This document shows, piece by piece, positions 27,520 through 40,769 of a DNA stretch of 64,000 bases (positions are counted from its first letter, which is position 1; every line of letters begins with the position of its first letter). Origin of the DNA: Octopus sinensis (lineage: Eukaryota); assembly GCF_006345805.1 (NCBI RefSeq), contig NC_043007.1, positions 6,820,001-6,884,000 of the forward strand. Direction: 5' to 3'. The translations under genes were made by a program, and so were the position numbers. The notes below the pieces were generated by a model. It was not told the origin of the DNA. It saw only the letters and a list, made by a program, of their open reading frames with translations, and searched no databases.

Positions 27520-27700
27520 AACTTCATTGGAATTCCAGCATCAACAACAGCTCTTGGTGATCCAGATCGGATATGTAATATATGTGGGTGTCTTTTCAGA
27601 ACATTGTCTGGTTTAAAAACCTGCATCAGATGCCATGATTTTTCTAAGGTGTCGGTACAGGAGGTGGTCAAACTCTGTATGTATGAATGTATGTATGTGG
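27520..27700 (+). mobile_element. 3' end of an RTE-like LINE
   Basis: Frame from 27541: DPDRICNICGCLFRTLSGLKTCIRCHD, like the terminal C2H2-type motif of RTE ORFs, followed by a (TATG)n tail. Confidence 0.55.
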
Positions 27701-28097
27701 GTGCAGATTTCTGTGTTTTATGCATGTATTCTCATGCATATAGTTGTATATCTAGACAAACTCATATATATTTACGTGATAAACTTCGAATTAACTTTCT
27801 CCTTTCTGGTTTTGCGAATCCTAATGTATCAAGATTTGTATTTAGGCAGTGTGTTTCATATCACAAGGGCCCCAAAGCTTAAACTTGTAATCTGGATAGA
27901 GTAAGCACAGATTTCTCAAAAGTTCATCGTATGTGTTCTCTTTTTCACTGATCCACTGGGGAGATAATTTCTACAACTATGCACACTACTCTAAGAAAAT
28001 GCCTTCTACTATGGCCGACTAAAGCTTCATGAATGGAGTGGATTTGCAAGTCGTATTTTTTTCTCTCCTTGTTTCTCCCCTTGTTATCTCTGTGTCC

Positions 28098-28133
28098 CTT
28101 TCTGTAGGAGAGCGTAGGTTCGAAACGTAAAAG
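28098..28133 (+). ncRNA. Hammerhead-like motif, second copy of the CUGUAGA family
   Basis: CTTT-CTGTAGG-A-GAGC-GTAG-GTTC-GAAA-CGTA-AAAG. Confidence 0.42.
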
Positions 28134-28346
28134 ACTTTTTTCTATTCCTGAGTGTTATACTAATACATCTGTTTGTTTTGTACACCACCTGTCTTTTGTT
28201 TCTTCTTTTCGTAAACTCTCCCTATGTATAATATATATGCATGTATGTATGTATGTATATGTATACATGTATAGAGAGAGAGTGAGAGAGAGACAGGTAG
28301 ATAGGTAGATAGAAGATAAAAAACAGATAGATAGATTGATATATAT

Positions 28347-28384
<38 letters not shown>

Positions 28385-28386
<2 letters not shown>

Positions 28387-28468
28387 CTCTGAGTTTCTCG
28401 TTGCCGTTCATCAGACAGTTTTTGCTAGCAAAAACTGTCTGATGAACGGCAACGAGAAACTCAGAGTA
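28385..28468. repeat. Perfect 84-bp palindrome without a loop, centred on GCTAGC
   Basis: tactctgagtttctcgttgccgttcatcagacagtttttgct|agcaaaaactgtctgatgaacggcaacgagaaactcagagta. Confidence 0.95.
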
Positions 28469-28472
28469 ACAG
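28435..28472 (+). ncRNA. Minimal type I hammerhead ribozyme motif
   Basis: CTGT-CTGATGA-A-CG-GCAA-CG-A-GAAA-CTCAGAGT-A-ACAG. Stem I CTGT/ACAG, GNRA-capped stem II, near-palindromic stem III, GUA triplet (A17 = 28468). Confidence 0.72.
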
Positions 28473-28582
28473 ATTTTGTTGAATTTCTGCTGCTTAAATA
28501 AAGCATATTACTCTACCACGGTATTTGAGTACTCTTTTTTCCACCTTGTTTCACATTTATGTGTTTACTCCGGTAATATATC

Positions 28583-28619
<37 letters not shown>

Positions 28620-28987
28620 GAGAGAGATATATATATACTCGTGTGTGGTCTGTGCACGCGCGTGTATCTTCCCCCACGACCGATTCGAAGAATAGCGGTT
28701 CGGCATAATAGTTTGATATAATAAATACCAGGCTTCCCCAAATAAGTGCTTGGGGGTGGGATTCGTGAGACTAAAATTCTTCAGGGTGGTGCCCCTGCAT
28801 CAGCTCAATTCATTGACTGTAACAAGTAAAAGACACAATTATATATATATATATACATATAAATACATATATATGTATATATATACATATATATATATAT
28901 ATATGCATGTGCGTGTGATTGCCTGCGTGATTAAATTTGTGTGTATGGTATGTGCGTATATACATACATACATACACACATACACAT

Positions 28988-29056
<69 letters not shown>

Positions 29057-30574
29057 ATACATACATACACAGATGCATGCGGCATGTGTATGATTGAGAG
29101 TATTTAACTGCTTTAGACATGGACAGTTGAAAAAGGGGCCAATAATATTTACCCAATGCACATGGTTACATGAATATTCTAATACATACATTGTTTATTC
29201 ATAGCAGAGTCACCATGTTTCTGACAATTCATAGTAAGTGTAGCGCATCCTGTTGTCCATTTTCTATCACAAAACACGAGATTTATGAAATCTTCAGATC
29301 AAGGATTGAACTTCTTTTTTTTTTCTCTTCTAGTTTCCTATAACGCGGCAGATTTTGGCCTGTTGAGGTTGTTGATTTTTAATCTTATATTGTTATGAAG
29401 TTATGTGGGAATAAATTGTTTTGTTGCGATGCTGAAGCATGCAATTAAATGTAACGTAGATATTAACATAACTAAAGTGGCGAGTACGTCGAATTTAAAT
29501 ATTCGGCAAATTTGAATAATCCTCATTATTATTTAGATGATATAAACCTAACGTTGAACGCTGCTTTAGAATATTAAATAAATGTTATGGCGAAAATATA
29601 AAACCAAAGTATAGCCAGAAGTATGTAACCGTTGAGAAAGCAAGACAAAGTGCCTGAGGTTTCAAATGAGATGCGAATGCTGTGGAGTAGTATTAAACAG
29701 CTGGAGTATACAAGCCGGAATTAAACCGTTAAAGGATACGTCTTTTCCCACCTAAGATATGATGCGTAAAACGGATGCAGGCAATCTGTTTGCTGAGAAC
29801 TTCGCCTTACAAACACTTACTTCCAGATTCGATTCCATTAGACGACACCTTCGGCAAATATATTCTACTATATATATATTCAACTCAAGGCATTTGGCAG
29901 GCGAAAATTGTTAAGACCTCGAAGATTTAATGTATGTGTGTAAGCGGGTGTATATTATACACACACAGGTAATAAAACAAATCATATAACAAGCACATAC
30001 ATTAGGACATTCGAATGAATTCCCTCAGTTGGTTTCAAACGAAAGTGAGAAATGCAGAGGAGAGATATTCTCGTTTTCCTTCTGGGGAATCCGTACCGAA
30101 AGAGAGAATTCTAACGGAGCAGCGGGAAACGAGGAGTGGCTGGTCATGTTTACTTACCATTCCTTACACCGCTTTTGACGGACGAAAACGAAATAAAGTT
30201 AGGTTTACTCTGTTACTCTCTAACTAATTTCAGCGCTAAAGATTGCGGCCATACTGGAGCACTTGCACTTTTGTAAATTGCGATGCATTGTTTTTTCTTG
30301 AGTAAAACACTTCTTTTCACGTTGCTCCAGTTCACTCAGCTAAAAAAAATAAAAGTAACCATGCAATGGACCGGCTTCCCGTCCATGGAGGAATATACGT
30401 ATGCCAGGGAAACCAGGAAAACGGCCCTATATATATAAAGGAAAGACTAAACAGAATCAAAAGAAAGGGTCAGTACGATTCGACTCTACACATATTTATA
30501 CCACAACACATGTTTCGATAGAACATAGATCGTTATATATAAAAGATTCAAATTTAAATTATGTAACGGCTTAC

Positions 30575-30772
30575 CTGTATAACAGGACCTTGCCATATCT
30601 CCTTAAGTGATACAAAATCGTTATCTGTGTAGTAATCTTTGACTTCGATGGTATGACATCCAACTGTTTCACAAACGAGCAATGCCTCAGCCTGGAATTG
30701 GAAGTATGCGATGATACTGCAGGCTGTCTGTGAATCCTTGAAGGCAGTCTCCCGGCATAGCATGAATACATC
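30575..30772 (-). CDS. Internal coding exon (198 nt, likely phase 0/0) of an unidentified minus-strand gene; peptide DVFMLCRETAFKDSQTACSIIAYFQFQAEALLVCETVGCHTIEVKDYYTDNDFVSLKEIWQGPVIQ
   Basis: Minus strand reads catttt-acttttttccttcaatag|GATGTA...ATACAG|gtaagc: a long polypyrimidine acceptor and a canonical donor. Length is a multiple of 3, GC is well above the flanks and the sequence is non-repetitive. Two frames are open; the one given has the purine-first codon bias of real coding DNA. Protein family not recognised. Confidence 0.75.
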
Positions 30773-31139
30773 CTATTGAAGGAAAAAAGTAAAATGAATA
30801 AATTAATAATCTTTTCTCTTGTAGGTGCAATGCCTAAAGAGTTGTGGTGTGGTGGGGCTGCTGGTCGATTACATCGATCTCCTTTGCAACATGGGCTTCT
30901 TTCGACCTCAGCACCACTCTAAAGCTTTAAAATTTGGGAAACGATTAATTGATTAAATGTGTGTAAGTACTGGACTGGTCCTTTATTTTATCGACCTCGA
31001 ATGTTAACTCTGAACGCAAAGGTTCAGAAGAAAAAAAACAGTGCAAGTTATGTTGTACAAAACCGTAATAATATGAACATACGATTAGGTATTACGGTTT
31101 TTACTGTATTGTAAAATGATTCGTACACAGAACAGAATT

Positions 31140-31474
31140 CTTTTATTCTTTTACCTGTTTCGGCATTTGACTGCGGCGATGCTGGAGCACCGCTTCTTGT
31201 CGAACAAATCGACTTCTGATCTTATTCTTTTGTAAGTCTAATACTTATTCTATCGGTTTATTTTGCCAAACTGCTAAGTTACAGAACGTAAACACATCAA
31301 CATCAGTTGTAAGCGATGGTGGGGCAACACACACACATAAATACGTACGTACATACACACCTACATATATACAGACATACATACATGCATACATACATAC
31401 ATACATATATACATATATACAGACATACACACATGCATACATACATACATACATACATACATACATACATACAT

Positions 31475-31521
<47 letters not shown>

Positions 31522-31753
31522 TATAAGACAAAATAGAGTGAAAAACTGCAGAAGACTTGTATTATATGGTTAAGGAATATATTTAAATCGCTATGTTTGA
31601 AAAATGTTATAAAATTTTGAGTAAAGTAACATTGTTTTTGGAGAAATAACCGGTTTCGTATTTTCTTTTCAAATTTCTCAACCGATATTGTGTCATCTCT
31701 TCGCTATGAAGTGAAGTATGAGAGTCTATACATACATATATACATATATATAT

Positions 31754-31794
<41 letters not shown>

Positions 31795-32210
31795 AATTAA
31801 TCAAAATAAAACATGATGCCAATGATTCAGCGGTACATATGTTTCGGGCCTTTATATAATATATATATATAATATATATATAGTGTGTGTGTGTTATATA
31901 TATATATATATATAGATGCGTGTGTGTGTGTGTGTGTGTGTATATATGCAATATATATGTATATATATATATACATATATATATATACATATATAAATAT
32001 ATATATACACATATACATATATATATACATACACACGCACACACATATATATATACGATGGGTTTCTTTCAGTTTCGGTCTGCCAAATCCAAATCCACTC
32101 AAAAGGCTTTGGTCGGCCCGAGGCTATAGTAAAAGACATGTCCAACGTGCCACGCAGTGAGACTGAACCCGGAACCCTGTGGCTGCTAAATATGCTTCTT
32201 ATCACACGAT
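31140..32210 (-). mobile_element. SINE family B fragments (3' part 31140-31335, 5' part 32055-32210)
   Basis: Reverse-complement matches to the family B tail and head, separated by microsatellite-rich DNA. Confidence 0.7.
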
Positions 32211-32860
32211 AGTTTACTGTCTAACATTATGTTCATTGTCATTTATCTTTCAACACCGTTTCTCACCGCCAACATGTCGCCCGTCTGTTTTCCTTTCTTT
32301 TCCATTTATTTACTTTTTTCGTGTCATGTAAAGTGATAATTTCCTTTTACCATTTAATATTAATGCATTGATTCACCAATTCGTAAATTATTATTTCCCG
32401 TTCTATATCATTACATTGCGACCAAATGTGAGATGAAGTGCACTCGTGTCACATTTAATCAAAATCACATAACGAGAACTCGCATTACGATATTCGAATG
32501 AATTCACTCCGCTGGTTTCACAGGAAAGTAAGAACAAAGAAATCTAAAGTGGAGATGTTCTTACTCTTCTTCTAAAGAATCCGTACAGAAAGGTAAGGTT
32601 AAAACGGAGCTGCGGGAAAGGAAAATAGCTGGCCATGCTCACTTACTATCGCTTACGCTTTTGTATACGAAAATAAAATAGAATAACATTTGGTTTACTC
32701 GGTTGCACCCTTACTAGTTACAACCCAAAGACTGGGGCCATACTGGAGCACTAGCATTTTTGCTAATTGTGATAAACTAACAATCTCCTTTCTAAGGGAA
32801 ATTTGTTCTTCTTGTTGTTTAGGTCAACCCTAATCAACAGATGTTGTATGTTAAGCTACG

Positions 32861-32978
<118 letters not shown>

Positions 32979-33212
32979 ACGCACACACATACACACAACC
33001 TTTATAGAAGGTTTTAAACGGGTGGGGGGATACATAATAGTTTATGGATATCCAAAATTGTCCTTAAAAAACACTGAGTGAACTAAAATTACACTTACTC
33101 GGTCCTGGTACGTTTAGCTGTTATACGGCTCTTTGCTTAAAGGAAGCATAACAACTTCTAATCCTGGAGTATTGTAGACTGAATAAGTTTTTCAAAATAT
33201 TTCTATAAAGGT

Positions 33213-33273
<61 letters not shown>

Positions 33274-33379
33274 GCTGTGGCTTAACACATAACATCCTTT
33301 GTGTTATGCCATTTGATGTAGAATAGCGAAACATTTTGTTCCTTGAGAATATTCAACACTAAATATTCCATAAGATCTG

Positions 33380-34610
33380 ACGAGGTGAGATCAAAATGTT
33401 TCGGGTCTTTTGCCAATAAGAACAAAACCTCTCGTGTATCAATTCGGAATTTAAAATCTTTTTTAGTAGTCCTCTTGTGAAACTACACACTTAATCCGGC
33501 ATCGTTTCTATTTTCCTAAAACTTCTTTTCTCGTAGAGCGAGCAGATGGCTCTTGGCATTCTGCTGGTTTTCATCGACGTTTTAATATCTTGTTTGTTTT
33601 TAAGTTGGATTTGATTTCTCGAAAGAAGAAAAGGTAGCAGCCAGGAGCGAGATGTGGAGGCATATTGTGGTTGTCGGACGTGGAGAATGTCGTACTTCAC
33701 CAAAATCTTCGGCACAATCGACGCTGAATGGGGAGATGCGTTGCCAAGATGGAGTTTCCACTCACCGGCCACATGCAGTTCTGTTCTTTTACTACGAACG
33801 GCATTTCGCAAATGCCGCAACACATCACGGCAGTACACCTTATTTCTGTCCAATTAGGTGGCGCATACTCATGCTGAACGATGCCCTTGTTACCGCAGAA
33901 AAAGTATCAACAGTGACTTCACATTTCTTCGAATCATTTTTCAGTGTTGGAGAGTTTGGGATCTTCCACTCTTTGTATTCATCACTTGTAACGACTATTT
34001 TCGTAAAATTTTCGTCTTCCTCGACACAATCAAGGAAACCTTGTACAGATGAGATTCGATCCTTTTGGTCAACTGAAAGCATTTCTGACACAAACTTGGT
34101 AGAAATACGTCCCAAAATTTAATCTCCAATGAGAATAGACTGGACTGAACCGTAACTGATGTTTGCATCTACCGGTGGTCTTTCGAAACAGCTGCACGCA
34201 AATCTGCGATGTTTTCATCAGTTCTACTGGCTGCGACTCTGCTAGAACGTGCGTAACTGTCGACGACATTTTGTCGGCCATCTTGGAAATGTTTGAATAC
34301 CTCGTATACTCGTGTCTGGTTCATACATTCTCCTCCATATACTTTCTGCAACTCTGCATAGTTCTATGCGCATGTATCAGCAAGTTCGGGCAAAATGTGA
34401 TGCAGATTCTCTGTTCAATTTTCTCTGCCATGATCACTGATGAAACCCCTGCGGTATGGCGCGATGACCATACTCTGCACATTTTACTTCCAAACACTGA
34501 TCTAAACAATGGAAGTGAGCTGAAACGTTATAACTGAGTGAGCATGCGCGACAGAGCCCAAGGTCAATGCCTGCCAAGCATCCACAGTGCCTTCACACTT
34601 TACCTCCGTT
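33380..34610 (-). mobile_element. Mariner (DD34D-type) transposon, decayed
   Basis: Minus-strand fragments MAEKIEQRICITFC, QTRVYEVFKHFQDGRQNV...SRTDENIADLRAAVSKDHR, IVVTSDE, LHLGNASPH and PHLAPGCYLFFFREIK. TIR-like acgaggtgagatcaaaatgttt at 33380. Right boundary approximate. Confidence 0.88.
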
Positions 34611-35387
34611 TGTGTGTGTGTGTATTCATCCGTCACCTTCATTTTAGATCCCTTGTTCAGCTCTTAGTTTCCTGTCTTGTTTCTTTCTTCTACATTTAGG
34701 ATCATCCTCAGTAGATTATATCGGTCTATTACTGTGCAATGAAATAAATGCTAATATGGTGGCTTTGACAGTATTGATTAAATGAGCGTCTAGAAAGTAA
34801 TCTGACTCCATCTTGTCAAAAGAAATTGTTATTTCTGACTTGATCTTTAAAGAGAATTTCTTAATCACATTTCTTCGATTATCAAGCAGATCTTTGAATT
34901 CTTTTCATGTTTTAAAAAAATGTTAAATTTTCAGTTCTTTGAATTTCAGATGCCTTCAGAAAACGTCCTTATTGTGAAATTTAGTTATTGTTCCTGAGTT
35001 CGATATCATAACGTATTACAGATATATGGAAATGTTTACGAATACTCAACGGTCAATATCATAATGTCTGATGTCTGAAGAACCAGGTATAGATGCGTAG
35101 TTAAAACGTTAAATCATGGATGCGTTAGGGGGTATAGTCGTGTGTTTAAAAGTTTTCCTTTTCGTCACAGCTTTGATCTCCCTGCATGGCGTCCGCTGAT
35201 GGATAAAATCTTTGTTAAGTTATTGTAGATGGAAAAATATACGAGTGTTTTGTACATTTTCGAGAGTGTAAATTATCAACCAAATGTTTATGCGTGGGGA
35301 AGTCATGCTTTTATTTGAATCCCGTTCGAGAGAAACGTGGTACGAATTCTTAGGCCAGGAAGGTCACTTTTACAGGATGACCAAGAA

Positions 35388-35935
<548 letters not shown>

Positions 35936-35975
35936 TTGTCTGTCAATAGAAAGGATTGTTTTCTAAACTGTACAG

Positions 35976-36009
<34 letters not shown>

Positions 36010-37281
36010 CCGTGTGTATACATACATACATACATACATACATACATACATACATACATACATACATACATACATACATACATACATACATACATACATG
36101 CGTATGTGTGTGTGTGCGTGTATTTAGCTTGCGAGATTATTATACCGGATGAGATGTCCACTGACGTATTTCGGACAGTTAACTTCGCCTGAAACAGTAT
36201 CATTACAGGTGAAATCACTTTGATGAATTACAGGTAAAATCATTTTGTTGCTCTCCAACACAACTCATTTTCCATTTATTTATTACACTGAAAACATTGA
36301 CGTCGACTCGCAGGTCGTTTACAAATGATTGATACCAGATGCCAAAGTGTAAGCTCGAATGCGTCATTCTTTATTGCATGTCAAAATCCTTAACATCAGC
36401 GATATAAAACTCATCTTCAGTCTGTCTATAATTTTTTCCATAAAGATAGATAAGGGAGTAGATATTATACACGTATACACGCACGCACACATACACTCGC
36501 ATACACATACACATACACGCACGCGCATACACACACTACATATATATATATATACATCTATGGATATATATATGTTTTTTTTTATCATACATATTGATAT
36601 ATCTATATATATGTGTGTCTGTTTGTGCGTGTGTGTAAAACTAAGAGTAAAAAATTACTTTCCATCATTCTAATTGATTACGTGTATGTACATGCTTCAG
36701 CTTGAATCTTTTCAGTTTTCAATAAAAAAAAACACCACATATTTAATCAATATTCTGTCGATTGATAATATTGATCATAGAGTAATTTTACAGCTGGATT
36801 TTAATCAGGGTTTTGTGCGCGAAAAATAGTTTCTGTACAGTTTAGAAAACAATAGAATGGAGATCTTGAAAAGAGGTGGAGTTGCAAAAAAATGTGAAAA
36901 GGAAAACGCGAAAGAAGACAACCACAGCATCTGGAGGGAACGTTACATAAGTCAGTCATGGATATGTGGATAAACACTTATACTTACTGACATATAACTA
37001 TGCATACGCCAATCCCATACATACACAGACACGCACGCACACATATGTATGTACTTATAGTTGTGTGTATATGCGCATGTTAATATATATATATCACGTA
37101 TATATATATATATATATAACGTATATGTAATATATAAATATATATAGATATACATATATTACTTACTTACATATGCATGTGTGTATATATATGTATATAT
37201 GTATGTATTATATATATATATGTATATATGTATATATGTATGTATTATATATATATATGTATATATGTATATATATATATA

Positions 37282-37616
37282 TGGCTCAGTGGTTAGAGCG
37301 TCGAGCTTACAATCGTGAGGTTGTGAGCTCGAACCCCGGACCGGGCTGCGTGTTGTGTTCTTGAGCAAAGCACTTTATTTCACGTTGCTCCAGTTCACTC
37401 AGCTGTAGAAATGAGTTGCGATGTCACTGGTGCCAAGCTGTATCGACCTTTGTCTTTCCCTTGGATAACACTGGTGGCGTGGAGAGGGGAGGCTGGTATG
37501 CATGGGCGACTGCTGGTCTTCCATAAAAACAACCTTGCCCGGACTTGTGCCTAGGAGGGTAACTTTCTAGGTGCAATCCCATGGTCATTCATGACCGAAG
37601 GGGGTCTTTACCCCTT
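37282..37616 (+). mobile_element. tRNA-derived SINE, family C
   Basis: tggctcagtggttagagcg (A box) and agctcgaacccc (B-box-like), then gttgtgttcttgagcaaagcacttt central domain. Further fragments lie near 30290-30430 and 50990-51160 (minus). Confidence 0.85.
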
Positions 37617-37669
37617 TATATATATATGAAAGAATGGAGTTGAACGACAATTTAACAAAATTCCTTTAT

Positions 37670-37750
37670 TCTCGACATATGTTTCGAAGGCTGCATATTC
37701 CTAATTTCGAAGGAATAAGGGGTGCATTATGCCGCCTTCTCATCAGGAAA
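37670..37750 (-). ncRNA. Minimal type I hammerhead ribozyme motif (best canonical copy)
   Basis: Minus strand TTTC-CTGATGA-GAAGGC[ggcata..tattcct/aggaata..tatgca]GCCTTC-GAAA-CATATGT-C-GAGA. Intact core, 6-bp stem II, palindromic stem III ACATATGT, GUC cleavage triplet (C17 = 37674) and 4-bp stem I. AATAAA follows. Confidence 0.8.
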
Positions 37751-39968
37751 GACAAGGAACTTATGTCAGCATCAAGATGAACAAAAACTCTTAGATGGCT
37801 GCCCACACGGAGTCCATAGCGAATTATCCATACTAAGATAATTCATTCAACTACTTAAATATATATATGCATATATGGTACAGGACGTCACAAAAAGTAA
37901 ACAAAAGGAAATAGGAAAACATGGAATACGAAGACGAACGTTTGTATGCGGACAACGAAAGAAACAAATGAAAAACAAGACAAGTAGCATAAAGAACGAC
38001 CCTTCGCCAGTTGTCGGTTGTTTTATCTACTTCGCATTTCGAGCAATTCACGACAAGATGCACCTTCGGTAAAACAGTTGCTTCCGCGAAGCAAAATAAA
38101 ATTTGGGATCTGCGAAGGGTCAATGTTGATAACAAAAACAAGACAAGGAGAAGCAAAACAGTGAAAACAAACAGTGAGGGCTGCAAAGAGATACGAGGTA
38201 AGGCGGCTAACGCTGGAGGAACCAGCTTTGAAAGGAGAAAAGATCGCGAAGAGGAGACAGACGAGAATATAAGGAATGGTCCAAAGAAAAGAATAAAGGA
38301 AATATAGCGAGGAGAGAGAAGATGGAGACAGGAAGAAAGAAAGAAAGAAAGAAAGAAAAAGGAAAGAAGAGAAGGAAAGAAAGTGAGAAAGAGAGAAGGA
38401 CGCGAGAAAGGAGGACAAAGGAAAAATGAAAGAAAGAAATAGAAACTAGCAAAAAAAAAATAATAATAATAAACTGCTCATAGAACTAACTTTCTGATGC
38501 AATTGGTTAGGATTTCGTGATGTAGAAAGCGTAAATTTATGAGGCAGGAATTCAGAAGTAATTAGAGTAATTACTGGAATATTGCCAGAAGGAAGAGAGG
38601 GAGAAAGAGAGAGAGTGAGGGACAGTAAGAAATTGTGATATAAGGAAGTTAAAGCAGAAAGGGCAAAAAAGAAATGATGAAAAGTTGGGGAGAAATATTG
38701 CGAAGCAAAAAAACTGATCAGCAATTAAGATAAAAGTCGGAATTCTTTCTCTAACAATGAGAAAACCATTCTCAGCTTACTGTTAATCTTCAGTCCAAGA
38801 GTCAAAGATCCAAATGCTGATTATGAAAACGAACTAGAAATAGTGGCAAAATTTAACGATGTTCTGTAAAATTACTTTTTTCTTTAATCTAACAACGAGA
38901 GATATTCAGCAACAGTACTTTGGAGTAAAGATTGTTTGCCAACATAACATGGCAGTCCTGGTTTTGAACGAATGTTGCTGTAATTTAGCCCCAGGAGACA
39001 TCGTCTCCAGCTGGCTATATGACACGATCTGTGCCCTTATATTTTCGAACAAGGGAATCTAGCATCCCCACTCAGCTCAAAATAATTTCTGTGTATTGCG
39101 ATTTCCAGGTTATTTCCCTTCATCAGCACAGAATAATTATTCGGCCAAATCCTCATTCCAAATATATAGTTTTCAAAGTGATAACTAGTCACTGATCTAT
39201 AAATTAGAAAATTACTATATGTTTTTTTTTAATATCACAATGAGAGATATTCAGCAACAATAATTTGTAGTAAAGATTGTTCGAAAATATAAGGACACAG
39301 ATCGTGTCGTATAGCCAGCTGGAGATGATGTCTCCTGGGGCTAAATTACAGCAACATTCGTCCTAAACCAGGACTGCCATGTTATGTTCTGTAAAAGTTT
39401 GAATAATTTCATGGCAGTTCAAGCTTACAATTGATTTAAGCCAGGCGTCCACTGAATAAATTGTTTCAGTTGAAGGCTTTGCGAATTGAACTCATTTCTA
39501 GAATACAACTAAATGGGAAGGAACACCTGTGAGTTTAAGTGGAAAGTAAACAACGCAGTCCAGATAATCTTGAGAATTGCTCGCTAAGATTTGAGGATAA
39601 GATGGAAAGTTTGTGGTACATCAGCTTTTATATTCCCAGCATCCTGTAATGTTAGCCAATGGTCCTTTTTCACCTGCCCGGTCGAATACATATATTTGCA
39701 ACTTCAATCTTTAATATGAAAGTAAGTTCGTTCGCTGTAATCTACTAATGTCACGCTAGCAAAGTAGATCAACGCCTTCTTGAAGCATTAGGAAGAGATC
39801 AACATGCGAAGTGGTCACTCCATTGTCCATGGAGTTGGTGAAATAACGGAAGGCGGTTCTTACTGAAATTTCTTCTGTTGGTTTTGGAAATCAGATTCTT
39901 CATGTTCTTAATATAGCAGCAGCCAAATTTCAGGACATACTATTGAATTATTTTGTGGATATAGTAGC

Positions 39969-40026
<58 letters not shown>

Positions 40027-40104
40027 ATAGTAGTAGTAGTAGTAGTAGTTTAGTAGTTGTTGTTGTTGTTGTTGTAATATGTATGTATTTACACACACAT
40101 GTAG

Positions 40105-40299
40105 TACTTCTGCTCGTAATCAGAGATACACATACATATCGTCAGCCACTAAGGGACATGCTCAACTGTTTAAGGTCAAACAACTGACAAGCAAATCTGG
40201 AATTGAGCAGAATATTTGCTGTAACCCATCTTTTATACCAAAACCAAACAATGTACATATCACATGAACGCCACTGCCTGGTACTGCATCAGGGCATTA

Positions 40300-40351
<52 letters not shown>

Positions 40352-40688
40352 GAGTGAGAGAGCAGTGCATGCCATCAAAGTGACACTGGGGTAAAATATA
40401 CGAAGCCCAGCATACCCATCATGACTACCCGTCTGATAAGGGTACACCAGGCACATGCATCACAACCATATGTGCGCGACATGGTGATCTCATATCAAGA
40501 TAAACAGCACATGACCTTGCAGGTGGGGCCCAGTTAGAATTTTCTTCAGGTCGAGTAGCCCATCCTGCTCAAAAGGTCCCTGAATAAGGGTTGCTTTAGG
40601 ATGTTGAACGAAACACGTATGTTTCCAGAGGTGAATTATTCAAACTCCAAAGAATCCCTCTCAACACATGGCTATGATGCTCCCCCAC
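40105..40688. mobile_element. Circularly permuted copy of the same repeat: B (40105-40295), (ATT)n, A (40352-40688)
   Basis: B starts tacttctgctcg and A ends gatgctcccccac. In the 61739 copy these are contiguous (gatgcttccccac-tacttctactcg). Confidence 0.8.
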
Positions 40689-40769
40689 GGCTAATTATTA
40701 TTATTATCATTATTATTATTATTATTATTATTATTTAATGAAGATTCTCAGATTAATTCGTTGGGTATG

